From positions 1 through 28,161 of the IMG/VR virus record IMGVR_UViG_3300036798_000500: a stretch of DNA of 28,161 nucleotides; one strand, given 5' to 3'. The translations under genes were made by a program, and so were the position numbers. Of the stretch, positions 14,279 to 23,950 are shown one piece after another (positions within the stretch are counted from its first letter, which is position 1; each line of letters starts with the position of its first letter). The notes beneath the pieces are model-generated. The model did no database searches. It was not told where the DNA came from and was given only the letters and a program-made list of their open reading frames with translations. Source of the DNA: a virus (lineage: Duplodnaviria > Caudoviricetes).

Positions 14279-14500
14279 ATGACTGATGTTCGGGAATACG
14301 CCCGCATGGCTCGAGTAGTGGCCAGTCACCTGGATGCAGCGGCTGCTACAGGAAGCCCCTCCCGTCGTCTTGAGGAGATAGGAGCAGCGGGCTCCGTGTT
14401 ATGGTTGCTCGGGGATAAGCTCGCGGTGCTCATGGCATCCGAGACCCGGGAACTTGAACCCTCTCTGCCATTTGACCAAGGACAATCCCATGCCTCTTGA
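14279..14500 (+). CDS. Hypothetical protein (73 aa)
   Basis: CAGGA RBS; overlaps the next gene start. Confidence 0.55.
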   Translation: MTDVREYARMARVVASHLDAAAATGSPSRRLEEIGAAGSVLWLLGDKLAVLMASETRELEPSLPFDQGQSHAS

Positions 14501-14804
14501 GAAAGCACCTGAGGGCTCTCCTGGCTTCTCCCGCAACATCAAGACTGAGATAGCCGCTGGTAAGCCACAGAAGCAGGCTGTCGCCATCGCCTACAACAAG
14601 GCTCGTGGAGATGACGGACTGAGGTTACCTTCCATGATACCAAAATCCAACTTCGCCAATATCTCTGACGATACCAAGGACAGCCATCTCAGCGATACGG
14701 AAGAGGAGCAGTTCAAGGCAGCCTGTGATCGGGCTGACTCTATTTCCCACAGGCTCGATCAACTTGAGCGGCGTGATGCCGTTCGGAGTATCACCCGCTC
14801 ATGA
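14490..14804 (+). CDS. Small head-associated protein (DUF6496-like GKPQKQAVAIA motif)
   Basis: MPLEK...SRNIKTEIAAGKPQKQAVAIAYNKAR, a widespread phage motif; AAGGA RBS; ATGA coupling to the next gene. Confidence 0.75.
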   Translation: MPLEKAPEGSPGFSRNIKTEIAAGKPQKQAVAIAYNKARGDDGLRLPSMIPKSNFANISDDTKDSHLSDTEEEQFKAACDRADSISHRLDQLERRDAVRSITRS

Positions 14805-16753
14805 AAGCCGCCGGCATCCTATTCGTTACCCAAGAAGGTAAAGCGCTATTCCTAAGGCGCTCAGCCTCGGGGGACCATCCCGGCGAATGGGCCTGCGCCG
14901 GAGGTAAGCTCGAAGAGCCAGAATCTCTCGTGAACTGTGCGGTCAGGGAGACCCTCGAGGAAACAGGCCGATCTGTTCCTCCCAGTGCTCTCCGGGAGCA
15001 CACACAATCCTTCAAGCCGTTTGAGCCCACTCCTACTATCCACAATGACATGGGGGAGGTAGCGGACCCTTCCTCACAAGAGGGTGTTGAGTTCACTACC
15101 TTTATTGTGGATACTCCCAAGGAGTTTACGCCCCGCCTCTGTGACGAACACGAGGCTTATGCCTGGGCTCCGATTAACGATCCGCCTATTCCTCTCCATC
15201 CGGGAATGGAGATCGTCCTCCGGCGATTTCACATGAACGAGCTGGACGTCGCTAAGGCTATGGCTGCCGGAGAGCTGACCTCACCACAGCGGTATCAGAA
15301 CGTACATCTGTGGGCTATGAGAGTTACAGGCACTGGGGAGTCGTTCAGGGATAAGCTAAACGAGTATGTCTGGCGGAACCCGCGTGTCTACATGAATGAG
15401 GCTATGCTCGATAGGCTTCGAGCTATCCCTATCATCATGGAACACCCTACCACCCAGTCCACATTGAACTCAGGAGAATTCCACGACAGAGTCGTTGGCA
15501 CGATGCAGTTGCCTTACCTTGTACCTGAAGCCGAGGAGGTATGGGGTATTACCCGCATCTACGACGACGCTACTAATTTGCTCCTTCAGATGGGGCAGGA
15601 ACATGGGAGACCACTATCCACCAGTCCTTCAGTTACGTTGGGTCTAAGGTCTGGTAGTCAGAAGATCCACTTCGAGGACGGGTCACCGCTTCTTATCGAA
15701 GGGATACCCACATATATAGACCACTTGGCTATCTGCTACCAAGGTGTGTGGGATAAGGGCGGTGACCCCGCCGGAGTTCAACTCAACGATTCTGCAGGAG
15801 AATCAGATATGGCCGACTACGGCGAGAAGCTCAATCAGCTCCTCACGAACATGGATAGCATCAATGCGCGGCTCGACGCCATGGAGAAGCGCAGTGACGC
15901 CCAAGACTCCGCGCGCAAGGACGCCGAGGAAAAGGAGAAGGAGGACGCAGTCGTTCCTCCCACTCCGATGACTACGACGGCAGATGCCGAGGAGGAAGAG
16001 GAGAAGGAAAAAGAGGGCTCCGGAAAGGACGACAACGACGACGCGCGTATCGATGCACGCGAAGAGGAAAAGGAGGAGAAAACTGACGCCGACAGGCGCC
16101 GCGACGACGCCGAAAAGGACGATACGTCGTCGTCACGCGACGACGATAAGAAGAACGACGCCTTCCCACCCAAGAAGGAGGAGGAGAAGGAAGACACCCA
16201 GCAGAAGGCCGATGGCCTCAAGGAGTTTGCAGCAGGCATGTCCCGGAGAGATGGAGAAGACAAGGAAAAAGACGACTCGCGCAACGACTCGGCCCTTAAC
16301 GGCCGTATCAGTCGTCTGGAGAAGGCGATGCCCCGTCAGCTGTCTGACGAGGACTATCACGCCATGATCGAGGCTCAGTCCCGCGCTGACTCGGTCTATG
16401 GTGCCTTGGGCATCGGACGAGCTCCGATCCCTCTGAACGGCGAGGACCTGAATGGGTATCGTCGTCGGGTGGCCACGAAGCTCAAGGGTCACAGCGGTCG
16501 TTGGGGAAAGACCAACATCTACAATATCCAGGCTGACGCCTTCGATATTGTGGAGAACGATATCTACAACGACGCCATGGCTTCGGCTATGTCCGCCGAC
16601 GATGTGCCCGAAGGTCACCTCCGCGCCGTCGTGAAGAACGATATCGCAGGTCGACCCATCACCAGCTATGTCGGGGAGCCCTCGGCTTGGATGTCCCAAT
16701 TTTCGGGCACCCGTCGTCGGCTGTCGGGCATTCGGACCCACCGGGATTACTGA
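14801..16753 (+). CDS. Nudix hydrolase + DUF2213-like prohead protease + scaffold fusion
   Basis: Nudix box GGKLEEPESLVNCAVRETLEETG; PIIMEHP, STSPS and IDHLAIC..G protease-like motifs; charged coiled-coil C-terminus; lies before the capsid genes. Confidence 0.85.
   Translation: MKAAGILFVTQEGKALFLRRSASGDHPGEWACAGGKLEEPESLVNCAVRETLEETGRSVPPSALREHTQSFKPFEPTPTIHNDMGEVADPSSQEGVEFTTFIVDTPKEFTPRLCDEHEAYAWAPINDPPIPLHPGMEIVLRRFHMNELDVAKAMAAGELTSPQRYQNVHLWAMRVTGTGESFRDKLNEYVWRNPRVYMNEAMLDRLRAIPIIMEHPTTQSTLNSGEFHDRVVGTMQLPYLVPEAEEVWGITRIYDDATNLLLQMGQEHGRPLSTSPSVTLGLRSGSQKIHFEDGSPLLIEGIPTYIDHLAICYQGVWDKGGDPAGVQLNDSAGESDMADYGEKLNQLLTNMDSINARLDAMEKRSDAQDSARKDAEEKEKEDAVVPPTPMTTTADAEEEEEKEKEGSGKDDNDDARIDAREEEKEEKTDADRRRDDAEKDDTSSSRDDDKKNDAFPPKKEEEKEDTQQKADGLKEFAAGMSRRDGEDKEKDDSRNDSALNGRISRLEKAMPRQLSDEDYHAMIEAQSRADSVYGALGIGRAPIPLNGEDLNGYRRRVATKLKGHSGRWGKTNIYNIQADAFDIVENDIYNDAMASAMSADDVPEGHLRAVVKNDIAGRPITSYVGEPSAWMSQFSGTRRRLSGIRTHRDY
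15809..16753 (+). CDS. Nested in-frame scaffolding protein (internal start)
   Basis: GCAGGAG RBS 8 nt before the in-frame ATG (MADYGEKLNQLL...) at the domain boundary. Confidence 0.6.
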   Translation: MADYGEKLNQLLTNMDSINARLDAMEKRSDAQDSARKDAEEKEKEDAVVPPTPMTTTADAEEEEEKEKEGSGKDDNDDARIDAREEEKEEKTDADRRRDDAEKDDTSSSRDDDKKNDAFPPKKEEEKEDTQQKADGLKEFAAGMSRRDGEDKEKDDSRNDSALNGRISRLEKAMPRQLSDEDYHAMIEAQSRADSVYGALGIGRAPIPLNGEDLNGYRRRVATKLKGHSGRWGKTNIYNIQADAFDIVENDIYNDAMASAMSADDVPEGHLRAVVKNDIAGRPITSYVGEPSAWMSQFSGTRRRLSGIRTHRDY

Positions 16754-16783
16754 TCCCCACAACCCTCCTAGGAGTTAACTTCC

Positions 16784-17701
16784 ATGCCGCAAGCGGCTCT
16801 TGCTCTGAACCCGATGCTTCTGACGAATGCAGCGGGTACCTTCAACATCTCTTCCGACGGGTATATCCAAGGAACTGAGATGGCCGACCCGTCCGCCCGT
16901 AACTGGCTGTCGGGTGGTATTCTCGGTCCCAACGAGACTCTCCCGATGTGGGGTGGCGTTGGCATCTCTGAAACGACGACACCTGTGTCCAGCTTGGTCA
17001 CCTCGCCTCGTCGTGAACTCGGTGGCTATATCACCCGTGCCACTCAGCAACGGGGTGCCAACCCTGCGGCTGGTGACCTCACGGGGTTCTCGGTGTTCAC
17101 TCAGGACCACTCGATGCTCACGACGCCTCAGAACCCGGTGCCTATCGCCGCGGCTCTGATGACGGTGAACTTCTATCGGTTCGGAACCAATGCCCGTATT
17201 CCTGTGGCGTGCGACCCCTCGCTCGTCTCGCTGGACGGAAACATCATCACCCAACAGGTGTCCTGGGACTTCAACAACCAGATCCTTGTTCCGTACTCCG
17301 CGTCGGGCACTCCCATCGCCATCACCTCGATGACTTGGGCTACCACCAACGGTGGACAGATCGCCATCGTGGCGGGTACTGCTGCTCCGGTCGGAGCTGT
17401 CGGGGATGCGATCTTCATCTCCGGCGCCACGACCACCGGCACCGGCGGTGCAGCCGCAGTCAACGGCAGCTTCATCGTCAACACCTTCACTGATAACCAA
17501 CACTTCACGGTGTCGGCGACTCAGGGGAACGCGGCGTACTATGGCACCATCACTCCAGGCACCATTGCTGTGGGGTCTGGGGCTCTGCCGTGCCGTGTCC
17601 TCGATGTGCAGGTGGGGAATTCGATGACGGTTTCCTACAGCGCGCAGACGGGGTTCGCCAACTGGAATAGGAATGGGTCCTGCGCCCTGATCCTGATCTG
17701 A
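16784..17701 (+). CDS. Head decoration/cement protein with inserted beta domain
   Basis: Between scaffold and capsid; PMWGGVGISE, VNFYRFG..ARIPV and VSWDF motifs. Confidence 0.7.
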   Translation: MPQAALALNPMLLTNAAGTFNISSDGYIQGTEMADPSARNWLSGGILGPNETLPMWGGVGISETTTPVSSLVTSPRRELGGYITRATQQRGANPAAGDLTGFSVFTQDHSMLTTPQNPVPIAAALMTVNFYRFGTNARIPVACDPSLVSLDGNIITQQVSWDFNNQILVPYSASGTPIAITSMTWATTNGGQIAIVAGTAAPVGAVGDAIFISGATTTGTGGAAAVNGSFIVNTFTDNQHFTVSATQGNAAYYGTITPGTIAVGSGALPCRVLDVQVGNSMTVSYSAQTGFANWNRNGSCALILI

Positions 17702-17732
17702 ACTGTCAACCCCCTAGTTAAGGAAAAATACC

Positions 17733-18758
17733 ATGGCGAATATCGCCGCATCCTTTGCCATTGTGAACCCGTCTTATATCGAGCCGGGTGTCATCCTGCC
17801 TTACAGCCAGGCCAGTGGCGCCTTCAATACTCTGACACAGGAGCAGCCTCTGCCCCGTTTGTCGGAGGGAGATCTGTACGCCTACATCAAGCGCATCGAC
17901 CTGCGTACTCGGGTGGCTGCGGGGCAGTCGGCGTACAATGCTCTGCCGTCTGTCTCCACGACGCTCAGCATGATCTCTTCGCCCACCTACCTCTTGAGAG
18001 TTAGGGGGGAATGGGATCACCATGACTCGGCGGCGATGGATCGCTGGGGTGTGCCTATTGTCGAGACCCAACGTCTCGGCATGCGTCAGGGCCACTTCCA
18101 GCTGGCGCGCTCGGCTCTGCTGTATGGCTTCCAGCCTGTCAACGGTGAGGGGCTCATCAACGCCCCAGGTGCCACGGCGGTGAACCTGCCGCAAGACACC
18201 TACGGCAATTCGACTGTCGTCACCTACGACAATGGTCAGATGGCTACTTTCCTGCTGACGCAGGTTAGTGCTCTGAAGACGCGTACCAATCAGTTGGGTA
18301 TCGGTCGGGGCATTGTGATCCTTGGACCACAGCGCATCCTCGGCGCCTTCGAGTACCAGAACATCGTCCAGCTGACTTCTTACCAGCGCGCCGGCGCTGG
18401 CACTGTGCCGACTGCAGGTGTGGTGAAAGACATCCTCGATATGAACGAGGATGACATCACCTGGTGCTACGACGATACCTTGATCGGCAAGGGCGCCGGT
18501 GGCAATGACCTGATCCTGATGGTCATGCCTGAAGTGCGTAAGCCCCAGGGCTCGCCTGGTCCCAATACCAACGTGTTCGCCGGCCTCGCTCCTGGTCTGG
18601 AGGCCTGCACGCTGATGTATTGCGACATGGCGGCTCCTCGGGAAATCACGACCCCGATCCCTGGCGGGGCCATCGACATGCTCACCGAGTGGCGCATCAC
18701 CCCGGGATGGGGCGTCCGTCCGGAGGCGATCACCGCCATCACCATGCAGTATCAGTAG
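17733..18758 (+). CDS. Major capsid protein
   Basis: 341 aa, position in the head module, strong RBS, GLINAP and C-terminal GWGVRPEAI typical of HK97-fold capsids of this class. Confidence 0.85.
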   Translation: MANIAASFAIVNPSYIEPGVILPYSQASGAFNTLTQEQPLPRLSEGDLYAYIKRIDLRTRVAAGQSAYNALPSVSTTLSMISSPTYLLRVRGEWDHHDSAAMDRWGVPIVETQRLGMRQGHFQLARSALLYGFQPVNGEGLINAPGATAVNLPQDTYGNSTVVTYDNGQMATFLLTQVSALKTRTNQLGIGRGIVILGPQRILGAFEYQNIVQLTSYQRAGAGTVPTAGVVKDILDMNEDDITWCYDDTLIGKGAGGNDLILMVMPEVRKPQGSPGPNTNVFAGLAPGLEACTLMYCDMAAPREITTPIPGGAIDMLTEWRITPGWGVRPEAITAITMQYQ

Positions 18759-18779
18759 TAGGGGCTCCAGTCCCCTACT
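18757..18779 (+). terminator. Hairpin after the capsid gene
   Basis: AGTAGGGG / CCCCTACT, no U-tract. Confidence 0.4.
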
Positions 18780-18807
18780 CCTCTCCTAAGCAGCAAGGAG
18801 TCCAACC

Positions 18808-19326
18808 ATGTCTAAGATGTATATTCTGAACTGCACAAGGCAGGTCCAGGAGTTTTGGTATCGCCTGCCTGAGAGTTCTAAGCTACTCCATCAGCTCATC
18901 CCCATCGGGGGTCAAATCCAGGTGGCGGGTGAGCTGAATACTCCCGAGATAGATGCCATCATCGAGCAGCATTCCCGCTACGGAATGGTGGCATTCTCGG
19001 AGATTAACAAGAGCCAACCCTTCGTCGGGTATTGCTATCAGATTGACAAGAGGTTTGGTAACATTGTGGAGGCTCTCCAACGAGGGCTGGAGCACAATGA
19101 TATGGTTCTCGAGGAAAGGGGTCAGCAGCTTCGTGAAGAAGCCGCAGTTGCCATCAACCAGTCCATCGAAGATCAGCGGGCTCCCGCTCGTCTGACAGCA
19201 CTGGAGATGACTGTGGAGGAGGAGGGTGATGAGGGTACCTTCCACAAAGGGGTCAAGGTGACAAAGGATCGATCTGTAACTCCTCAGTCTGCTCAGTCCA
19301 CTCGTAAGCGGAAGCCCCGGCGGTGA
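18808..19326 (+). CDS. Conserved head-region hypothetical protein
   Basis: AAGGAG RBS; directly after the capsid gene. Confidence 0.75.
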   Translation: MSKMYILNCTRQVQEFWYRLPESSKLLHQLIPIGGQIQVAGELNTPEIDAIIEQHSRYGMVAFSEINKSQPFVGYCYQIDKRFGNIVEALQRGLEHNDMVLEERGQQLREEAAVAINQSIEDQRAPARLTALEMTVEEEGDEGTFHKGVKVTKDRSVTPQSAQSTRKRKPRR

Positions 19327-19838
19327 TTTCTAACACTCCCACATTAGCGGAGTATACTCAGTGGATCAATACCTACATGGGTATCCCCACCGAGGCACTT
19401 CCGCCCGATTCTTCTGTCATACAGGACTCATTCACGTTCGCCACGGAGGTGGTTAATCCGCTTCTGATGTTGGTGGGCGGGAATGTGTACACTATGGCAG
19501 TCTATAACTTTGGCGGCCACTGGTTGGTAATGTGGGCACCTGACCAGCCCAACAGCTATTATCCATCTCCTCCAGCTCAGCCCCCGTCTACAGTCCAGGC
19601 CCCGACGAACAATAATGGCTATTTCTTCTGGCTGAGGTCACCTTCAGGCTACAATCTGAATGCCTTTACTCCCGGCATCTTGGAGGAGAGCCACGACGTC
19701 TCTACCGGTCAGCGGTGGCATGTCTCCAAGCAGCTGGACAACTTGAACCTCATGGATTTGGGTATGATGAATACCCCATGGGGCCGTATGTACCTGCAGA
19801 TCGCTCAGATGTGGGGCAGCGATTGGGGTATGACATGA
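19323..19838 (+). CDS. Head-tail adaptor (DUF4054-like)
   Basis: AVYNFGGHWL and C-terminal TPWGRMYL motif; GTGA coupling. Confidence 0.7.
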   Translation: MISNTPTLAEYTQWINTYMGIPTEALPPDSSVIQDSFTFATEVVNPLLMLVGGNVYTMAVYNFGGHWLVMWAPDQPNSYYPSPPAQPPSTVQAPTNNNGYFFWLRSPSGYNLNAFTPGILEESHDVSTGQRWHVSKQLDNLNLMDLGMMNTPWGRMYLQIAQMWGSDWGMT

Positions 19839-20266
19839 GTACGCTTCATTTTGGCTTTGAACCTACTCCTTATCCCGACGGTGATACTGCCGACAAGATA
19901 GCTAGAATTCTCGAAGATGAGTATGGTATAGTCGAGCACTTCAGGGATTTCAACCAGGACCTCATCTCGGAGTTGATGCATGAGGCCATGATGGATCACG
20001 ATGAAGAGCTTATGTCCACTGGGAGAATTGAGCTTCCTGCTATAGAGGATTTATTCAAGCAGTTTCTAAACTCTAACGAGATGGCTAAGTTGGGAGTTGG
20101 GGGTGTACCTGTTCGAGCTTCTCGGAGAAAGGTTAAGGTAGGAGAATACCGTCGGAGGGGTAGGTGGGTAAAAGGGTACACGAGATTAGGGGCAACTATG
20201 AGGTCGAGTTTTGTGAAGACAGGAACGTACAGGGACTCCTTTAGAGCCTGGATCGAGGTGGACTGA
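19835..20266 (+). CDS. Neck/tail-completion protein
   Basis: ATGA-coupled start at 19835; VKTGTYRDS resembles the xDTGxxxxS motif of neck proteins. Confidence 0.65.
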   Translation: MSTLHFGFEPTPYPDGDTADKIARILEDEYGIVEHFRDFNQDLISELMHEAMMDHDEELMSTGRIELPAIEDLFKQFLNSNEMAKLGVGGVPVRASRRKVKVGEYRRRGRWVKGYTRLGATMRSSFVKTGTYRDSFRAWIEVD

Positions 20267-20700
20267 TGACTGGTAAAGGGAACTACTGGAGCAACTCGCT
20301 CCTGAATCTGCTCTTCAATGCGACGCCGATACCCAATCTCGCAGATAATGCAGGTTCGGCGCCGCTGACTCAGCTGTACTTTTCACTTCACACCGCAGAC
20401 CCTGGGGCGACGGGTGATCAGACGACCAACGAGGTTGCCTATACGGGATATGCCCGTGTCGCAGTTCCACGGACCACGACAGGATTTCCCACCTCTACCA
20501 CCGAGGTCATTTCCCCAGGCGCTGTGATCAGCTGGCCTGTGGGGACTGGTGGCGGAGGTGTTGCCGCATTCCTCGGCATCGGCACTGCCTCCAGTGGCGC
20601 AGGTCACCTGCTCTATTCGGGTACGGTGACGCCCAACATCACCTGTGGCACAGGCGTTCAGCCTCAGTTGACCACAGCCACTACGATCAGTGAGAGCTGA
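20266..20700 (+). CDS. Small virion structural protein (LHTADPG...YARVAV family)
   Basis: LYFSLHTADPG..NEVAYTGYARVAV..GHLLYSG, a pattern common in phage fibre/neck accessory proteins. Confidence 0.75.
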   Translation: MTGKGNYWSNSLLNLLFNATPIPNLADNAGSAPLTQLYFSLHTADPGATGDQTTNEVAYTGYARVAVPRTTTGFPTSTTEVISPGAVISWPVGTGGGGVAAFLGIGTASSGAGHLLYSGTVTPNITCGTGVQPQLTTATTISES

Positions 20701-20701
20701 T

Positions 20702-20935
20702 ATGGAAGAGACTGACAGCGAACGGAATATTCGTATCGGCAAGCAGATTGGGGCTAAGGTCGTACAGGCCTCGGGAACTGTTGTGGGGCTTCAAGAAGAA
20801 AGAACAACTACGACTGACTGGAAGCGAGATCAGATAGATCAGGTGGTGAAGGACGCTCTCTTCGAAGGCATCACCGATCCTGAAGAAATCAGGCGAAGGA
20901 AGCTCGAGAAGATCGAGCAGCTAAAGGATATCTGA
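20702..20935 (+). CDS. Hypothetical protein
   Basis: Fills the gap; TGATG coupling to the next gene; start uncertain. Confidence 0.6.
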   Translation: MEETDSERNIRIGKQIGAKVVQASGTVVGLQEERTTTTDWKRDQIDQVVKDALFEGITDPEEIRRRKLEKIEQLKDI

Positions 20936-22035
20936 TGGTTCTTGCCGTTGGCACATTCTTAGGGTCATCCGCTGTCTCAGGCATTGGGGACGGAGTAGTT
21001 CCTAATGCTAGTGGTCAGAGTGTCTATGAGACTGCAGGACCCGGTAATTCCTCTTTAGCAGCGGCTCTTCGGTCAGGTCTCGATGCACTAAGCCGTAATC
21101 AGATAGTTACATTCGTTCTTTACAAGAAGGTCATCCTACCTTTCGACGGGTATGTCTTTTGGGTAAAGGCTAGTCTGTTGAGTGAGTCAGCCCTGATCGG
21201 TAACTTTACTCTTAACAGTGTAGCTTTCAATCAGTCTCGTAGGACTGTGACTCCTCCTTTGACTCTCCAAGCTAAGGGCTCGCTTCATATCGCATCCGTG
21301 AATAGGCAGGACCCTCACGAGAGCTATACGGTTAACAAGGTTACCTTCACTAGTGAGGTGGAAGTAAACGACCTTAACGACATTGGCCCTGATACTATGT
21401 ATATTGCCACGTTAGGTAATTTCAAGTTCGCTTTCTCTCAACAGCAGAACTACTATCAACAGGCCAATCTCTATCACTATATCGGGGACGCAATGTACCC
21501 CGTTATGGAGCCGTTGATTATAGATGACGTGGCTGATGTAGATACTCGTAACGTCATCGTCTCCAACTCGATGCCCATCTGGCTGAGTCTCAACAAATTC
21601 ATGCCGATGTATCCGAGCTATCTGGCTCCTGAAAACGTACGTCCTCCTTTCTGTGTCGTGGACATCTATCCGGACACTCAGCGTGCGCTTCAGATGGCGC
21701 CGTTGATCGACAGTCAGAATAACCACTGGCAGCTTGTGACTGAACGTGTCGAGCTGACTATCCATGGTCTCCGTAACTTCAATGCTCTTGACTTCCTAGA
21801 CTATGTTCTTGCTCAGAGTCTGGCTAACAACACCTTCGGAGTGATGAATTCTCCCATCGTCCGTGATGAGAAGAGACTTCAGACTGAGCTGAATGTCATA
21901 GCCATGAAGAAGTCTATGGAGTTAGAGATAAACTACTATCAGGCTACGGTGCGAAACATTGCCCGTCAACTAATCCTTGAGGCCATCCCCACTATCTATC
22001 TAGGAGGTGGTGTTAAGGAACTACAACTTCAGTAG
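20935..22035 (+). CDS. Neck protein (head closure / tail terminator-like)
   Basis: 366 aa in the neck position; LPFDGYVFWV motif; function inferred from gene order. Confidence 0.6.
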   Translation: MVLAVGTFLGSSAVSGIGDGVVPNASGQSVYETAGPGNSSLAAALRSGLDALSRNQIVTFVLYKKVILPFDGYVFWVKASLLSESALIGNFTLNSVAFNQSRRTVTPPLTLQAKGSLHIASVNRQDPHESYTVNKVTFTSEVEVNDLNDIGPDTMYIATLGNFKFAFSQQQNYYQQANLYHYIGDAMYPVMEPLIIDDVADVDTRNVIVSNSMPIWLSLNKFMPMYPSYLAPENVRPPFCVVDIYPDTQRALQMAPLIDSQNNHWQLVTERVELTIHGLRNFNALDFLDYVLAQSLANNTFGVMNSPIVRDEKRLQTELNVIAMKKSMELEINYYQATVRNIARQLILEAIPTIYLGGGVKELQLQ

Positions 22036-22044
22036 GGATGGAAT

Positions 22045-22590
22045 ATGGCCCAGAATGCTACTCCCCCTTTCAATCCTAAGGGTATTCCTTCCACTATCAG
22101 CAATCCGCAGCCCAATGATTGGCTAGCTATCCAACAGGATGTTGGTAATAAGGTGGGTAAGGCCCAGCTGAAGAATCTTGTGCCTAGCGCCCTAACTACC
22201 TTTACACCGACCCTTAGTTTTTCGACACCCGGTAATTCGACCTTTGCCTACAGCACCCAATCAGGTTGGTTGATGAGGGTCGGTTCGCTGGTTTTCTTCA
22301 ATATAAATCTTAGTGTCACACCAACCTTCACGACGGCGGGCGGGTATTTGCTCATTAACGGTAATCCGATACTGGGAGATACCCGACTCGGATCCTACTG
22401 GCAACAAGTCGTGCAGACGAACAATATAAGCTTTCCAGCAGGCTCGTTTCTAAACGCAAATATGAACTCAGATGGGACGGTTAATCTTCAGATCATCAAT
22501 AGTGCCAGCGGTGGGATTGTCGGACCTGCAAACATGGTCAGTGGAGTCAACATCTGGATTGCTGTGACAGGGGTCTATCCCGGAGCCTAG
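22045..22590 (+). CDS. Fibre/appendage protein 1 with NPKGIP N-terminal module
   Basis: C-terminal TFTPTL..YSTQSGWLMRVGSLVF resembles phage receptor-binding head domains. Confidence 0.65.
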   Translation: MAQNATPPFNPKGIPSTISNPQPNDWLAIQQDVGNKVGKAQLKNLVPSALTTFTPTLSFSTPGNSTFAYSTQSGWLMRVGSLVFFNINLSVTPTFTTAGGYLLINGNPILGDTRLGSYWQQVVQTNNISFPAGSFLNANMNSDGTVNLQIINSASGGIVGPANMVSGVNIWIAVTGVYPGA

Positions 22591-22598
22591 AGGATACC

Positions 22599-23474
22599 AT
22601 GGTCCAGAATTTTCATCCTCCCTATAATCCTAAGGGTATCCCGAACAAGACTACCAGTCCTCCGGATACAGCTTGGATTATGCTGCAGGATGGAGTCACT
22701 GGTGAGATTATGTCTGCTCAGTTAAAAAGCTTAGGTCTCGGCGTACCTTCTTGGGTATCAGCGCTCAAATCTCCAAGTGGTGATGTTCCGACGATAGCTG
22801 CAGACTTTCAGAATGGTCAGTACTGGGCAGGTGGTAGGTCAGCTACACTGGCTGATGTAGTTACTAATAACGCTAACTTCAATCCGTGGAACCCAGCTTC
22901 TGTTATTACAGGTCTTGGTGTTGTCTGTGCTACTACAGCTAATCCTGTGAACAACAATGGCGCAATACTGCTGCCTCCTTCGCTTCACGATGGTTTGACG
23001 TACTTCACCAAGGTTATCTCAAACGGTTCACCTCCTATCAATAATCCCTCATGGAATGGTTCAGCCGGTTGGACCACTGTCTACGCAGATTTCGACACTG
23101 GAAATACCACTAGCTTTCAGTGTGCGGATACTATTAGTAGTAGCGGGACAGCTGTTCACAGTAGTCTTCAACCTCAGGCCCTTAATCCTATTCTAGGGAA
23201 TGCCTTTGCATCTTCGGTCTACCTCCCTCTAGCAAGTGCCGTATCACGGATGGCTCTTACATATCGCTTCGAACCTGGACTGTTTGCGGTCTCCTCTGAA
23301 GGGAACCCCGTTAGTGTGGCTGACCAGCCGCCGTTTGGTATGGGCGCGTTCGCGCCAAACTATTTGGGCTTCCAATGCAATGATTACGGCGGTGGCAATC
23401 TGAGTTATCTGTCGTTGCTAGCTATCTATCCCGTTCAACCCGACTCAGATCTTCAGACCATCTGCAGGTTCTGA
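22599..23474 (+). CDS. Fibre/appendage protein 2 with NPKGIP N-terminal module
   Basis: ADFQNGQY followed by a beta-rich, possibly ConA/lectin-like domain. Confidence 0.6.
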   Translation: MVQNFHPPYNPKGIPNKTTSPPDTAWIMLQDGVTGEIMSAQLKSLGLGVPSWVSALKSPSGDVPTIAADFQNGQYWAGGRSATLADVVTNNANFNPWNPASVITGLGVVCATTANPVNNNGAILLPPSLHDGLTYFTKVISNGSPPINNPSWNGSAGWTTVYADFDTGNTTSFQCADTISSSGTAVHSSLQPQALNPILGNAFASSVYLPLASAVSRMALTYRFEPGLFAVSSEGNPVSVADQPPFGMGAFAPNYLGFQCNDYGGGNLSYLSLLAIYPVQPDSDLQTICRF

Positions 23475-23500
23475 GTTTCTGCAGAGAAGGAAGTAGAACT

Positions 23501-23950
23501 ATGCCTCAAAATGCCGCAGTTGGTGCCGTCTACAATCCGAAAGGTATCCCGCTCACTCTCACCGCGGCCTCAGTCAATGACTGGGTGATGGTTCAACAGG
23601 CCTCCACAGGTCATGTGGGCAAAATGAAAATCAGTACTCTTATCGCAGCCACGTTAGGTGCGGATGAAGCCGATGAAACTACTGCAACAGCGGTAGGAGG
23701 TGAGGTTACTCTGAACGGTCCTGATGGTACGGTCACCTCGGAAGAACTGACGGATGCGACCGAGTACGTTCTTACCCTCCACAACTCCGCCATCACCGAT
23801 ACTTCTACGGTGAACTTCGAGGCAGTCGAAAACCCCGCCGGCGATACTCCCGAGGTCACAGATGTGGTCGTGTCTGCTGGACGAGCAGTGGCCACCTTCA
23901 TGATGCCTTCCTTCACCGGCACCCTGGTCATCAACTTCTCGGTGGTTTAA
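23501..23950 (+). CDS. Fibre/appendage protein 3 with NPKGIP N-terminal module
   Basis: VTLNGPDGTVT...LHNSAIT..S.V...LVINFSV beta domain. Confidence 0.6.
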   Translation: MPQNAAVGAVYNPKGIPLTLTAASVNDWVMVQQASTGHVGKMKISTLIAATLGADEADETTATAVGGEVTLNGPDGTVTSEELTDATEYVLTLHNSAITDTSTVNFEAVENPAGDTPEVTDVVVSAGRAVATFMMPSFTGTLVINFSVV

